From contig CAWAIF010000003.1 of NCBI GenBank assembly GCA_963782055.1, positions 3,360,001-3,424,000 of the forward strand: 64,000 nucleotides of DNA, written 5' to 3'. The position numbers and the translations under genes were made by a program. The stretch is from an uncultured delta proteobacterium (GTDB lineage: Bacteria > Myxococcota_A > Polyangia > Polyangiales > Polyangiaceae). Below, piece after piece: positions 16,798 through 28,727 of this stretch. The first letter of the stretch is position 1, and each line of letters opens with the position of its first letter. The notes beneath the pieces were generated by a model. The model did no database searches and had not been told where the DNA came from. It worked only from the letters and a program-made list of their open reading frames with translations.

Positions 16798-19131
16798 ATG
16801 TACGTCCAGTGCGAGCGGTGCAAGACCGAGTATGACTTCGACGACGCGCTCGTCAGCGAGCGCGGCACCACCGTCAAGTGCACTCAGTGCGGCCACCAGT
16901 TCAAGGTGCGCCGGGCGACGGAGGGCACCGGCGACCGCTGGGTGGTGAGCACCGTCTCGGGCAAGACGCTGGTGTTCACCTCGCTGCGCGAGCTGCAGAA
17001 GGCCATCCTGGGCAAGCAGGTGGGGAAGGGCGACTCCCTCGCGCGCGGCGCGGGGCCGCCGCGGCTGCTCGGGGCCATCGCCGAGCTCGAGCCCTTCTTC
17101 GACAAGCGGGCGAGCGTGCCGCCGGGGCACGAGACGCGTCGCACCTCGTCGCGTCCGCCGCCCGGCGCGCAGCCCACCTCGCTCACGCCGCCCAAGCGCG
17201 CAAGCACGCCGCCGCCGCGCGCCCGCATCGACACGCTGCGCCCACCGGTGGACCACGCGGCGGCGATGCCGCCGCCCGCGCCGGCGCCGCGAGCCCCCTC
17301 GATGGACGGACCGCGCACCTCGCCGCTGGCGCAGACGCACGGCCCGACGATGTCCGCGGCCGCCGCGCTCGCCAACACGCTGCAGCACGTCGCGACGACG
17401 CCCGCGCACAGCACGGGCCTGCCGATGCTCCCCCCCGTGCCGTCCGCACCCGACCCGCCCACGCTGCCCGCGCTGGAGCCGACGGAGCCCGCGTTGATGG
17501 TCGGCCCGTCGCACCCTGCCGCGGCGATGGTGGCGCAGGTGGCGCCGCAGACGACGCTGGCCATCCCGCAGCAGGCGATCCAGCAGCAGGCGGCGCGGCA
17601 GCAGGCGGCGCAGCAGCAGCAGGCGGCGCAGCAGCAGACAGCGCAGCGTGTGGCGCCGCCGCCCGGCGTGGAGATGTCCTCGCCGCTGCCGCCGCCCACC
17701 ATGCCCATGCGCGCGCAGGAGGATTCCATCTTCCCCCAGCCGTCGGTGCCCGACGACTATGTGGCGCCGCCGCGTCGCCGTGTGGGCGGCTGGGTGGTCG
17801 CCTTCGTGCTCCTCGCCGGCGTCGGCGTGCTCGGCTGGTTCGTCGCCAAGCCATACCTCGCGCAGCGCGCCAAGCAGACGGCGGCGCTCGCGCCGCTCGA
17901 CCCGCGGGCGCAGCAGTTTCTCACCGAGGGCGAGCGCGCATTCAACGACGGCGACCTGGACGGCGCCAAGGAGGCGTTCGACCGCGCGAGCGGCGTCGCG
18001 GAGAAGGACCCGCGCGTGCTGCTCGACGTCGCGCGCGTCGACGCCGCGCAGGCGGACGTCGCGTGGCTGCGCGTGCGGCTGGTGGACCCGACGGCGGCGG
18101 AGCAGCTCACCCTCGCCAAGAAGGACCTGGACGATCTCTCGGTGAAGGCCGGTCAGGCGGCCGACGCGGCGTTCGCGGCGGCGCCCGACGATCCGGCGGC
18201 GACGCGCGCCAAGATCGACGCGCTGCGCATCGCGGGGGATCTCGCCGGGGCGCGCGCGCTCATCCCCAAGATCACGTCGATCGCCTCGCAGCCGGAGAGC
18301 GCGTACGTGCTCGCCGCGCTGGACCTGTCCGACCCTGGCCCGCCGACGAGCCAGGCGCTCGAGCGGCTGCGCGACGCCGCGGCGAGCGAGGGCAACCTGG
18401 GGCGCGCGCGGGCGGCGCTCGTGTACGCCCTGGCGCGCAACGGCGACACCGCGGGGGCGCGCAGCGAGCTGCAACGTCTGCTCGGACTGCCGCACCATCA
18501 CCCGCTGCAGGCGGCGCTTCGCGACTACGTCGATCGCGCCCCGCAGAGCCCGGTCGGTGACGCCGGGCCGGTCGCCGTGGTGAACGTCAACTCGTTGCCC
18601 GGCGGGGGTGGCGGTGGCGGTGGCGGTGGCGGTGGCGGCAGCGACCCGCGCGTCTTGCTGGAGGAGGCGGACAAGGCCAAGTCGCACGGCGACCTGCTCA
18701 AGGCCAAGGACCTCTACGGCCGCGTGCTGGAGAAGAACCCCAACGACTCGGAGGCGCTGGCCGGGCTGGGCGAGGTCTCCTACGGGCAGCACGACCTGCC
18801 GAACGCGCAGACCTATTACAAGCGCGCGATCGCGGTAAACTCGTCCTTCCTCCCCGCGCTCGTGGGCCTCGCCGACGTGCTCTGGGACTCCGGGGACAAG
18901 GCGGGCGCGATCAAGATGTACAAGGACGTCGTCGATCGCTTCCCGGAGCAGGCGTACCCCGCGCGCGTCAAGACGCGGGCGACGTCGGGCGGCGGCGGGG
19001 GCGGGCAGACGGCCCCGACGGCGACCGCGACGGCGACGGCGACGGCGCCCACCGCGACGGCGACGGCCACCGCGACCGCGACAGCCGCGCCGAGCGCGAC
19101 ATCCGACAAGGGAGCGGGAGACAATCCTTGA
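16798..19131 (+). CDS. MJ0042-type zinc-ribbon / TM / TPR protein (GltJ/AgmX-like architecture)
   Basis: MYVQCERC..Y..DD....G..VKCTQCGHQF, then a Pro/Gln-rich linker, one TM helix, C-terminal TPRs and an Ala/Thr tail. Confidence 0.85.
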   Translation: MYVQCERCKTEYDFDDALVSERGTTVKCTQCGHQFKVRRATEGTGDRWVVSTVSGKTLVFTSLRELQKAILGKQVGKGDSLARGAGPPRLLGAIAELEPFFDKRASVPPGHETRRTSSRPPPGAQPTSLTPPKRASTPPPRARIDTLRPPVDHAAAMPPPAPAPRAPSMDGPRTSPLAQTHGPTMSAAAALANTLQHVATTPAHSTGLPMLPPVPSAPDPPTLPALEPTEPALMVGPSHPAAAMVAQVAPQTTLAIPQQAIQQQAARQQAAQQQQAAQQQTAQRVAPPPGVEMSSPLPPPTMPMRAQEDSIFPQPSVPDDYVAPPRRRVGGWVVAFVLLAGVGVLGWFVAKPYLAQRAKQTAALAPLDPRAQQFLTEGERAFNDGDLDGAKEAFDRASGVAEKDPRVLLDVARVDAAQADVAWLRVRLVDPTAAEQLTLAKKDLDDLSVKAGQAADAAFAAAPDDPAATRAKIDALRIAGDLAGARALIPKITSIASQPESAYVLAALDLSDPGPPTSQALERLRDAAASEGNLGRARAALVYALARNGDTAGARSELQRLLGLPHHHPLQAALRDYVDRAPQSPVGDAGPVAVVNVNSLPGGGGGGGGGGGGGSDPRVLLEEADKAKSHGDLLKAKDLYGRVLEKNPNDSEALAGLGEVSYGQHDLPNAQTYYKRAIAVNSSFLPALVGLADVLWDSGDKAGAIKMYKDVVDRFPEQAYPARVKTRATSGGGGGGQTAPTATATATATAPTATATATATATAAPSATSDKGAGDNP

Positions 19132-20939
19132 CCCATCAACGAATTGGCGTGGCCCGTGGGGTTCTCTTCGCCGCCGCCCTCGCCGCGGCGGCGTGCGAGG
19201 GCCGTCCGCAGGCGGGAGGCAGCTACGGCGCCAAGAGCACGCCGCGCTCCGGGCCGGCCGTGGTGGTGCTGGACCTCTCGGTGGGGATCCCCGAAAAGGA
19301 GCAGGCGGGACTGCTCGGCCCGGCGCCAGGGCGGCGCCGCAGCTTCGACTCCCTGCTCAAGACCATCGACCAGGCCCGCCACGACAAGAGCACGCGCGGC
19401 TTCTACGTCCACTTCGGCCAGACGACCTTCGGCCTGGCGCGCGCGCAGGAGCTCGGCGAGAAGCTTGCGGGGGTGCGCAAGGACCAGCCGGTGTACTGCC
19501 AGGCCGACGCGCTGGACAACGCGACGCTCATGGCTGCCGCGCTCGGCTGCTCCAAGATCTACGTCGCGCCGGCGGGTGAGGTCGCCGCGGTCGGCATCGC
19601 CGCGCAGATGATCTACATGCGCAAGCTGCTCGCCGACGAGCTGCACCTGTCCATCGACATGCTGCAGGTCGGCAAGTTCAAGGGCGCCGAGGAGCCGCTC
19701 ACCCGCGACGGCCCCAGCGACGAGGCGCGCCAGTCGCTGGAGAGCGTGCTCGTGGACCTGCGGCGCGCTTGGCTGGAGGGCATCGCCAAGGGGCGCGCCG
19801 GTCAGCAGGGCGCGGCCGTGGCCGCGGAGGACGGCCCCTTCTCCGCGCCGGGCGCGAAGGCGCGCGGCCTCATCGACGAGGTCGGCTACGACGACGACGC
19901 GCTCGAGGCCGCCAAGAAGGCGTGCGGCGCGGTGCGCTCGGTGGTGCGCTACGGCTCCGGCGCGCACGCCGCGGGCCCGGCGGTGGACGACGTGCTCCGC
20001 ATCTTCGCCGGGGACGAGAGCTCCGAGCCGCAGGTCATGGTGCTGCGCGCGGTGGGCAGCATCTCGTCGGGGGGCGGGAGCCTCTTCGGCGACAGCGGCA
20101 TCACCGACAGGGAGCTGGTCCGGCGCGCCAAGCGCGCCGCCGACGACGACGCCATCAAGGCGGTGGTGCTGCGCATCGACTCGCCTGGCGGAAGCGCGCT
20201 GGCGAGCGACCTCATCTGGCACGCGCTGATGAAGCTGCGCGAGAAGAAGCCGCTGGTGGTGAGCGTGGGCGGCATGGCGGCGAGCGGCGGCTACTACCTC
20301 GCGTCGACCGGCAACGAGATCTTCGCCGAGCCGACGAGCATCGTGGGGTCCATCGGCGTGGTGGGCGGCAAGGTCGCCGTCGGCGACGCCCTCGAGCAGA
20401 TCGGCGTTCACGCCGAGACCTTCTCCGCCAAGCCGGGGGACCCGGCGGCGGCGACGCGCGCGGGCTACGAGTCGCCCCTCATCGCGTGGGACGACGCGAC
20501 CCGGCAGCGCGTCTTCGAGTCGATGAAGGGGATCTACGACCTCTTTCTCTCGCGCGTCGCGGAGGGTCGCAAGACGACGGTCGACAAGATCGCCGTCTCC
20601 GCCGAGGGCCGCATCTTCAGCGGGACCGAGGGCAAGGCCCGCGGCCTCGTCGACACCCTGGGCGGGCTCGATGCCGCCATCGCGCGGGCGCGCGTGCTCG
20701 GCGGCCTGCCCCCCGACGCGCCGGCGCGCGTGTACTCCCCGACGCCCAAGTGGGTCGAGCTGCTCGGCGGTCAGGACGACGGGGTGAAGGCTCCGGTGTC
20801 CGGCCTGACGGGCCCGGTGGACCTCTCCTGGATCGCCCGCGCCGCGCCCGACATCGTGCCGTACGCGAGCAGCCTGCTCCCGCTCGCTACCGGGGAGCAC
20901 TCGCTCTGCGCGCTGCCCTTCGCCCTGCGCATCCGGTAG
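19128..20939 (+). CDS. sppA: Signal peptide peptidase SppA (S49, tandem domain)
   Basis: VGKFKGAEEP (Lys), RIDSPGGS, MAASGGYY (Ser), GSIGV, AEGRIFSG. Lipobox-like LAAAAC. Confidence 0.85.
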   Translation: MTHQRIGVARGVLFAAALAAAACEGRPQAGGSYGAKSTPRSGPAVVVLDLSVGIPEKEQAGLLGPAPGRRRSFDSLLKTIDQARHDKSTRGFYVHFGQTTFGLARAQELGEKLAGVRKDQPVYCQADALDNATLMAAALGCSKIYVAPAGEVAAVGIAAQMIYMRKLLADELHLSIDMLQVGKFKGAEEPLTRDGPSDEARQSLESVLVDLRRAWLEGIAKGRAGQQGAAVAAEDGPFSAPGAKARGLIDEVGYDDDALEAAKKACGAVRSVVRYGSGAHAAGPAVDDVLRIFAGDESSEPQVMVLRAVGSISSGGGSLFGDSGITDRELVRRAKRAADDDAIKAVVLRIDSPGGSALASDLIWHALMKLREKKPLVVSVGGMAASGGYYLASTGNEIFAEPTSIVGSIGVVGGKVAVGDALEQIGVHAETFSAKPGDPAAATRAGYESPLIAWDDATRQRVFESMKGIYDLFLSRVAEGRKTTVDKIAVSAEGRIFSGTEGKARGLVDTLGGLDAAIARARVLGGLPPDAPARVYSPTPKWVELLGGQDDGVKAPVSGLTGPVDLSWIARAAPDIVPYASSLLPLATGEHSLCALPFALRIR

Positions 20940-20981
20940 GGCGCAGAGGTCCTCGAATCCGGTGGTATCGTTCGTCCCGGC

Positions 20982-23900
20982 ATGAGCGGCGACGAGACCA
21001 ACGTCCACACGCGCATCACGCTGCCGCCGCCGGAGTACATGCCGGCGCCGGCCGCGCAGGAGGGCGGATTCACGATCGAGCCGCTCTCCCGCCATGATGG
21101 ACGGAAGGCGGAGGAGGCGAGCCTGCGGGCCGAGCTGGACGCGGCGCGTGGCAGCGGGGACGCGGAGGCGGAGCTGCGGGCGGCGGCCGGGCTGGCGCGG
21201 CACCTCGCGGCGCGCGAGCGCGACGTCGACGAGGCGGTGGAGCTGGGCCTGCGCGCGCTGGACCTCGGCGAGGACGGGGAGCTGCGCAAGGAGGTGGCCG
21301 GCTGGCTGGAGAGCCTGGGCGAGCCGGGGACGGCGGCGGCCGTCCTGCGGAGGCTCGCCGCCCAGGACGGCGCGCAGGGCGGCGCGACGATGGTGCGCGC
21401 CGGGGTGCTGCTGGCGCGCGCTGGCGACGCGCGCGGGGCGGCCGCGGCCTTCGACGAGGCCGCGAGGCTGGATGCGGCGGACGCCATGGCGCTGGAGCTC
21501 AAGGCGGCGCTCTGCGGCTGGGCCGCGGAGGTGGTGGGGTCCCGGGCGGCCTCGCGCGCGTACGTGGACGCCGCGGCGCGCCGGCGAGAGGCGGGCGCGC
21601 TGCCGGCGGAGCTGGAGGACCTGCTGCGCGCCTTCGAGGCGGAGCCCTCCAGCGAGCTGGCGGCCCGCAGCCTGGCGATGGGCTTCGTCGAGCGCGGCAA
21701 GCCTCACGTGGAGGCGGAGGTGTGGCGGGCGCACGCGGCGGAGCTGGAGGGTCCCCCGCAGCGGCTGGTGCTCGTGCGGCGGATGCACGAGGCGCTGCGC
21801 GCCCACGACCTGCTGGGCGCGCTCGGCGCGGCGCTCGACGCGCACCTGGACGGCGTGCTCGAGGGCGACAACGCCGCGGCCTTCGACGACGTACTCTTGC
21901 GCATCGGTCTGCTCGAGCCGCTGGCGGCGCGCCTTGAGGTGGAGGCGGAGCGGCTGGAGGCGGAGGACCGGGCGCGCGCCGTCGAGCAGCTCGCCCAGCT
22001 CTTCGCGGGACCACTCGCCAGCGCGGACAGGGCGGCGGTGCAGTACGTGCGCATCTTGGCGGAGCACCCGGAGCGCTCGGAGGCCGTGGAGGCGCTGCGC
22101 GCGCGGGCGGCTGCCGGCGACCGCGTCGCGCTGGTGGAGGGGCTGGTGCGGGGCGCGGCCGCGCGATCGGCGGACAGCGCGGGTCGCGCGCGGTGCGCGC
22201 GGCTGCTGGCGCAGCTCGCCGACGAGGAGCTCCGGTCGCCGCAGCTCGCCGCGTGGGCATTCGGGATGCTGGCGGAGGCTGAGCCGGAGGACGCGGCGGC
22301 CCATGCCGCGGCGGAGCGGCTGGCCGTACGCGTGGGCGACACCGCCGAGCGAGCCGCCTTCCGGAGCGCCCTGGAGGCGGAGCTCGGCAAGGAGGCGCGG
22401 CGGCTCGGCCTGGGCCGGTGGCTGCTCAAGATGGAGCTGCAGGCGCCGGACGAGACGGAGGCGCGCGCCGCGCTCGCCGCGACGGCCCGCGCCCGCGGGG
22501 ACGTGGAGGAGGCGGCGGCGATCACCGCGCCTCTGCTGGACAAGCCCGCGCCGACGCCGCGCGACGTCAGCATCGCGTGGGTCGGCGCGGCGCACGCCCG
22601 CGACCCGCGCACGAGGGCGCGCGCGCTGGAGGCGCTCGCGCCCTCGGCCGCGCCGCAGGTCGCCGCGCTGCTCCTCGCCGTCGCCGCCGACGGCTACGCC
22701 GCCGCCGGCGACGCGGCCGCGGCGCGTCGCGCGGCGGAGCACGCGTGTCAGGCGGATCCGGGGTCGGTGCGGGCGGTGGTCGCGCTCGCCCGCGCGAGCG
22801 CGGGCGAGCGGGACCGCACGTCGGCGTCGGCGCTGGAGCGCGGGCTCACCGTGTCCTTCGCGAGAGGCTCGCTCTGCGAGGCGCTCGCGTCGGCGCTGGA
22901 GCAGCTCGGCGAGACGGACTACGCGGTCGCCTGGACGCAGCGCCTGGTGGCGCTGCGGCCGGGCGACCTGGGGACGACGCGCGCGCTCGTGCGCCGCGTG
23001 GCCGCGGCGCAGGACGCCTCGCGGCTGATGGACACGCTGCTGTGGCTGCTGCCGCAGCCACAGCCGGCGGGTCCGCTCGGCGATCTCGATCGCCGAGGGT
23101 CTGGTCGCGCTCTCGGAGCTCGAGCCGGCGCGCGCGGCGGCGGTCGCGCGGCGCACGCTCGACGCTTTGGGGTCGCGCCACGACGGCCTGCGCGCCGCCA
23201 TCCACACGTGCGCTGCGCGCGCGCGCGACGGCGCCCTGGCGGCGGCGGAGCTGGCGCGCCGTATCGCCGCCCAGACCACCCCCTCCGAGCGCCCGGCGCT
23301 GCGAATCGAGCTCGCGCGCATGCGTCTGGAGCTGGGCGAGCCGGAGGCCGCCGCGCGGCAGGTGGTGCTCGCGCTCCGCCACGGGTTCGATCCGCTCGAC
23401 GCCGTCGATCTGATCGCCGGCCTGGAGGGCGCCGCCGCGTCCCCCGACGGCGAGCTGTGGCTCGCCGAGGCGCGCGCCTGGCAGCTCGCCGCGGAAGCCG
23501 ACGCCGCCCCCGCCCCGCTCTCGCGGCGCGCGGTCGCCCGTCCTCCCTCGACGCGCGGCGGGCCCGCGGAGGCGTCGGCGCGCGCGTGGCGTGCGCTCGG
23601 CGGCGCCCGCTGGGATCTCGCCGCGGACCGGCGCGGCGCCGAGGAGGCGTGGCTCCGCGCGGCGCGCGTGGCCCCGTCGGGCGGCTACCTCGCGCTCGGC
23701 GTGGACCTGGCGAGCTTCGCGGGGGCGCGCCCTGCGCTGGAGCGCCTCAACGAGCTCATCGCGCTGGAGCGCGATCCGGTGCGCGCCGGCGCCATCGCGG
23801 GGGAGGCGGCGCGCGCGGCCCTCGCCGTCGGGGAGCCCGCGCGGGCGATGGAGCTCGCCGAGACCGCCCTGGCGAAGAACCCGATGCTCGCCGGCGCGGT

Positions 23901-26900
23901 GGAGATCGCCGAGCGCGGCGCGCTGGAGGCGGGTACGGTGCGCGACATGTCGCGCGTCTACGAGACGCTCGGCTCGCAGGCGCGCGGCCGCTTTGGACGC
24001 CGCGCGGCGCACTACCGCGGCGCGCGCTTCTTCGAGCAGCGCGGGGAGGTGCAGCTCGCGATGAAGCACGCGGCGCAGGCGTTCGCCGCGGTGCCCTCGG
24101 AGGGCGCGACCTTCCTTCTGCTCGCGCGCATCGCCTCCAAGGCGGGCGACCCCTCCTACGCCGTGCACGCCATCGAGGAGGTGGCGGAGACGGCGCAGAG
24201 CCGCCGGGCGCGCGCGAGCTGGCTCCTCCGCGCGGCGAGCGTGGCGGGCAGCGGCGAGGAGGGCGTGCGGGTGCGCGTCGACGTCCTGCTCAAGGCCGCG
24301 TTCCTGCAGCCGACGCCCAGCACGCTGGCGCTCCTCGCGGACGCCGCCCGCGCTCTCATCGCTCGCCTGCCGGAGGAGCGCTCGCTCTTGCAGGTGCGGC
24401 TCACGCGGGCGAGCGCCGCGCTCGCCAAGCGGCTCGCGGGGCCGGACGGCGCGCGTGTGGCGCTCTCCTTCGCCAGGCTGGCGCTGGAGCTGTTCGACGA
24501 CGCCGGCGGCGCCGTGCAGGCGCTGGAGCGCGCCTTCGCGTCGGACGCCGACATCGAGGAGTACCTTGAGCTGCTGCCGCTGGCGCCACGGCTCGCCACG
24601 GCGCCGGACGCCCCCGCGGTGCTCGCGCGCGGCCTGGATCTGGTCGATCAGCCGTACAGCAACGTGGGGGTGCCGGCGCTGCGTCTGCTCGGCGCGGTCG
24701 CCGCCGCGCGCGAGGACACGCCCACCGCGGCGCGGTTCCTCATGCTGGCCGCGGAGCGCGAGAGCGACGACGATGCCCTGGTGCGCGAGGCGGACCTGGC
24801 GGCGGCCACGGCCTCCGGTCCCACGCGGGAGCGCTTCGAGAAGCGCATCCCGGCGGCGCGCCGGGCCGAGGTGCACGCCGCCTTCGCGGAGTCGGAGCGG
24901 CTGGCCGGGCGCCTCGAGTCGGCGATCGGTGCGCTGGAGCGCGCGTCGGCGCTGGCGGAGGGCGAGGAGAAGAAGGCCCTGGAGACACGCACGAACGAGA
25001 TCTACGAGGCCAGCGGGCGGGCCGACGAGCTGGTGCGCCGCGCCCTCGCCGAGGCGCAGGATCCCGAGCGCCTGCCCGTCGACCGCGCGGCGCGGTGGAC
25101 GGAGATCGCGGCCAACCGGGAGGCGCGCGGGGACGTCGTCGGGGCGGTGGAGGCGCTGCACGAGGCCGCTCACCTCGATCCGGAGCCGCTGGAGCGCTGG
25201 AGCCAGCTGGAGCGCGTCTCGGCGATGGCGGGCACCCACGAGGCGCGGGTGGAGGCGCTGCGCGAGATCGAGGTCCGCGTCGCGACCGACGCGCGCCCGG
25301 CGGTGCTGCGACGGCTCGCCCGCGCGCTGGAGGAGACGGCCGACCTGCGGGCGGTGGAGCAGACGTGGCAGCGCATCCTGGAGCTGCAGCCGGACGACGA
25401 GGAAGCGGACCGGGCCATCGAGGACATCGTCGCGCGGGAAGGGGACCACGCGCGTCTGGCGGCACACCTGGCGCGGCGGGCGGACCGCCTTGCACGTTAC
25501 CCCGAGCACCGCGAGACGCTGCGCGTGGTGCGGCTGCGCCGCGCGGCGATCCTGGAGCAGCGCCTCGGGCAGGTGCAGCAGGCGTGCGAGGAGCTCAAGC
25601 GCGTGGTGGCGGAGTGGCCCAACAACGAGAGCGCCCTGCGTTACCTGGGCGACCTGCTGGAGCGCGAGGGAGATCACATCGCCGCCATCCCGGTGTGGCG
25701 TCACCTGGCGAGCCTGGCCGCGGACGAGACCTCGCGCGCCGAGCTGATCGTGCGCGCGGCGCACGCCGCGCGCTCGGCGAACGACGTCGCGCGCGCGGAG
25801 GAGCTGGCGCGCTCGGTGCTGGTGCGATCGCCCGGGCACAGGGAGGCGCTGGAGCTCATCGTGGAGATCGCCCGCGAGCGCGGGGACCACGCGGCGCTGG
25901 CCGACGCGCTGGCGGCGCTGGCGGGCGGACCGGGTGAGGACCCGGGGCAGCGGGGTGAGTGGCTGGTGGAGGCGGCGCAGTCGGCGGCGCGCTCGGGGGA
26001 CGCGCAGTCGGCGCTGGGTCACGCGCAGCGCGCGGCGGAGATCGCCCCGACGCGCGCGGCCACGCAGCTCTTCGCGCGGGGGCTGGAGTATCGCGTGCGC
26101 GGCCCGGGCAACGCGGAGGACGCGCGCCGCACGCTCGCCGAGCTGGACCGCGTCGAGGACGCGATGACGGGCGACGATCTGGCGCTCTCGTTGTTCTTGC
26201 GGGCCGAGGCGCTGGACGTCGCCCAGGGCGGCGACGCGGGCCTGGTGTCGCTGCAGCGCGCCTCGGGGGAGGCCGCGGAACACCCGCTCGTACAGGTGGC
26301 GATCGCCGAGCGGCTGGTGGCCAAGTGGCAGTTCGCCGAGGCGCTCCCGCACTACGAGAGCGCCCTCGCGGGGAACCTGCTCGGCCTGCGCGTCCCGTCG
26401 ATGGTGGCGCTGGAGGCGGCGGAGGCGGCGTCGCGCGCGGAGCGGCCGGAGGAGGCGATCGCCTTGCTGCAGCGCGCGGCCGACGACCCTGCGGCACGCG
26501 AGCCCGCGCTGAAGAAGCTGGCGCACGTGGCCGCCGTGATGGGCGACGCCCCGCGCGCCCGCGAGGCGCTGGAGTCGTTGCTGCGGACGGGGAGCGGCGA
26601 CCGCGCGGCGACGCTGGCGCAGCTGGGCCGGCTGCTGTTCGCGGTCCCGGGCGAGCGCGAGGCGGCGAGCGCGGCGTTCCGCGAGGCCATGGAGGCCGCG
26701 CCGGCGGACAGCGTGCTGCGCGCGCAGCTGGAGGCGGAGCTGGGGGCACTGACGCTGCGGCGGTCGGGGCAGATGGCGGCGGAGTCGGTGCCGCGGAGCG
26801 ACAGCGCGCCGGCCCCGGCGCCGCTGGAAGAGGGGGCGTCGCTCGGGCAGCTCGCCTCCTCGGTGGCGGAGGCGCCGCCGGGGCCGGACCGCACGCGGGC

Positions 26901-28125
26901 GCGGGCGTCGCTGGCGCGAGCACACCTCGCGCGAGGCGACCTGGCGGTGGGGGAGTCGCTGCTGCTGGAGTGCCTGTCGGAGGGCGACGTGGAGGCGGGC
27001 GATCAGCTCGCGGCGATGCTCCAGCGCGAGGGCGATCGCGGTGGCGACCTGGTGCGCGTGCGGCGCCTGCAGGTGGAGCACGCGCCGGGCGACGTGCGGC
27101 TGCTCGTCGCGCTCCGTGAGGCGGCGCTGGGGGATCGCAACCTGACCTACGCCCGGGCGATCGATCACGTGCTGCGCGCGCTGGACCCCGGCGCAGGCCC
27201 GCTACCGCCGCCGCCGCTGTCGGTGCAGGTGGAGCACCAGGGGCTCCTCACGCTGCTCGCGCGTCCCGCGCTGGACGCGGTGGGGGAGGCCCTCGCGCTT
27301 GTTTGGGAGGGCGCGGGCTCGGTGCTGGCGCGCGATCCGGCGAGCTACGCCATCAGCGGGCTGGAGCGCGTGGCGCCCGGATCGCAGACGACGATCGCGC
27401 GGCTCTACGAGCTGGCGCTGCGACTGCTGGGGTCACCCAACATCCCGCTGTACGCGCGGCGGGCGCCGGGGACGAGCGGGGAGGGGCCCGCGTCCACGAC
27501 GCGGGTGCCGTCCACTCCACCGGGCGGCCTCGCGGCGGGGGTGGCGCTCTTGCCGGTGCTCTCCGCCACGCTGGTGGGGGACGTGCGGGAGGACAGCGTG
27601 GCGCTGCGCTACGCGCTGGGGCAGGCCGTCGCCGCGGCGCTGCCGCAGAGCGCGCTGGTGATGGGGCTGCCGGAGAGCGAGGGGCGGGTGCTGTGGAACG
27701 CGGTGCTCGCGTCCTTCGGGCCGCCGGAGTTCGGGAAGCTGAGCGATCCGTCGGGCACCCGCCTGGTGCAGACGTTCTGGAACACGGTGCCACCGCGGGT
27801 ACAGCGGCGGCTGCAGGAGGTGCTCGCCAAGGTGCCCACCGACTTCGACGGGATCGTGGAGCGCTCGCGGCAGAGCCGGCGGCGGGTGGGGATGTTCCTG
27901 GCGGGCGACTTCGGGTACGCGGCGCGGGTGACGGCGGCGGACCTGGGCCTGGACGCGGCGAAGCTGCACATCGACGACCTGGCGGTGGTGTGCCGGTCGT
28001 TCCCGCCGCTCGCCGACCTGGTACGCCTGGCGGTGAGCCCGGAGTACGCCGACGCGCGGTTCCGGCCGATGCCGGAGGGCGCGCCGCGTGCCACACTCTC
28101 CAGCGGACGGTACAGGATCCTGTGA
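20982..28125 (+). pseudogene. Giant TPR-like alpha-solenoid protein (~2380 aa) split by a +1 frameshift near 23088
   Basis: The 20982 frame is protein-like up to ...PLGDL. Removing G23088 gives IAEGLVALSELEPARAAAVARRTLDALGSRHDG, which joins the 23167-28125 ORF. Confidence 0.75.
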
Positions 28126-28727
28126 AGCGGCGTGGCAGGCGGTGGCTGGGGGTGCTCGGAGCGTCGGCGCTGGCGTCGGCGCTGGTGGGCCCGGCCTGCA
28201 TCCTGGCGGACCCGCCGCCGGAGCTGGTGGTGCCGGGGCACAGGCGACCGGCGATCGTGACCATGTCGGTGCGACCGGTGCTCTCGGAGAAGATCCGGTC
28301 GGTCGCGGACATCCCGCCGCCGGCGGGGATGGCGGCGTTCGTGGAGGTGGATCCGGACGTGCCGCTGGAGTGGCGGGTGTTCGTGGACGGCGAGGTGAAG
28401 CGGTTCGGGACGGTGCAGCCGCAGCCGCAGACGGCGTTGGCGGAAGCGGGGACGGTGGACACGCGCACCATCACCTTCGGCCTCGACCCCACCGACGGCG
28501 TGGACGACTCGGCGTGTCACGTGATCCAGCTCTCCGTCGCGCTGGCGTTCACCGCCGACAACAAACCGGTCGAGCCGCCCGGGGGCGACACGGCGTACTG
28601 GTTCTTCGAGCCGGTGGACTGCGCGCTGTTCGACGCCGGTCCGGTGCCCGACGCCGGCGACGCGGGGGACGGCGGCGACGCGAGCGACGACGCGGCGGAC
28701 GCGGACGACGCGGGGGTCGACCCGTGA
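28122..28727 (+). CDS. Lipoprotein with an acidic DAG-rich tail
   Basis: GTGA overlap with the preceding gene. Lipobox LVGPAC. Cys pair SACH...VDC. Confidence 0.75.
   Translation: MKRRGRRWLGVLGASALASALVGPACILADPPPELVVPGHRRPAIVTMSVRPVLSEKIRSVADIPPPAGMAAFVEVDPDVPLEWRVFVDGEVKRFGTVQPQPQTALAEAGTVDTRTITFGLDPTDGVDDSACHVIQLSVALAFTADNKPVEPPGGDTAYWFFEPVDCALFDAGPVPDAGDAGDGGDASDDAADADDAGVDP

Noticed and set aside
17560..19100. CAG-rich, GGCGGT and GCGACG nucleotide repeats
   Set aside because: They encode Gln, Gly and Ala/Thr low-complexity linkers within the 16798 CDS.
23089..24569. C-terminal part of the 1195-aa ORF
   Set aside because: Out-of-frame readthrough after the frameshift at about 23088.
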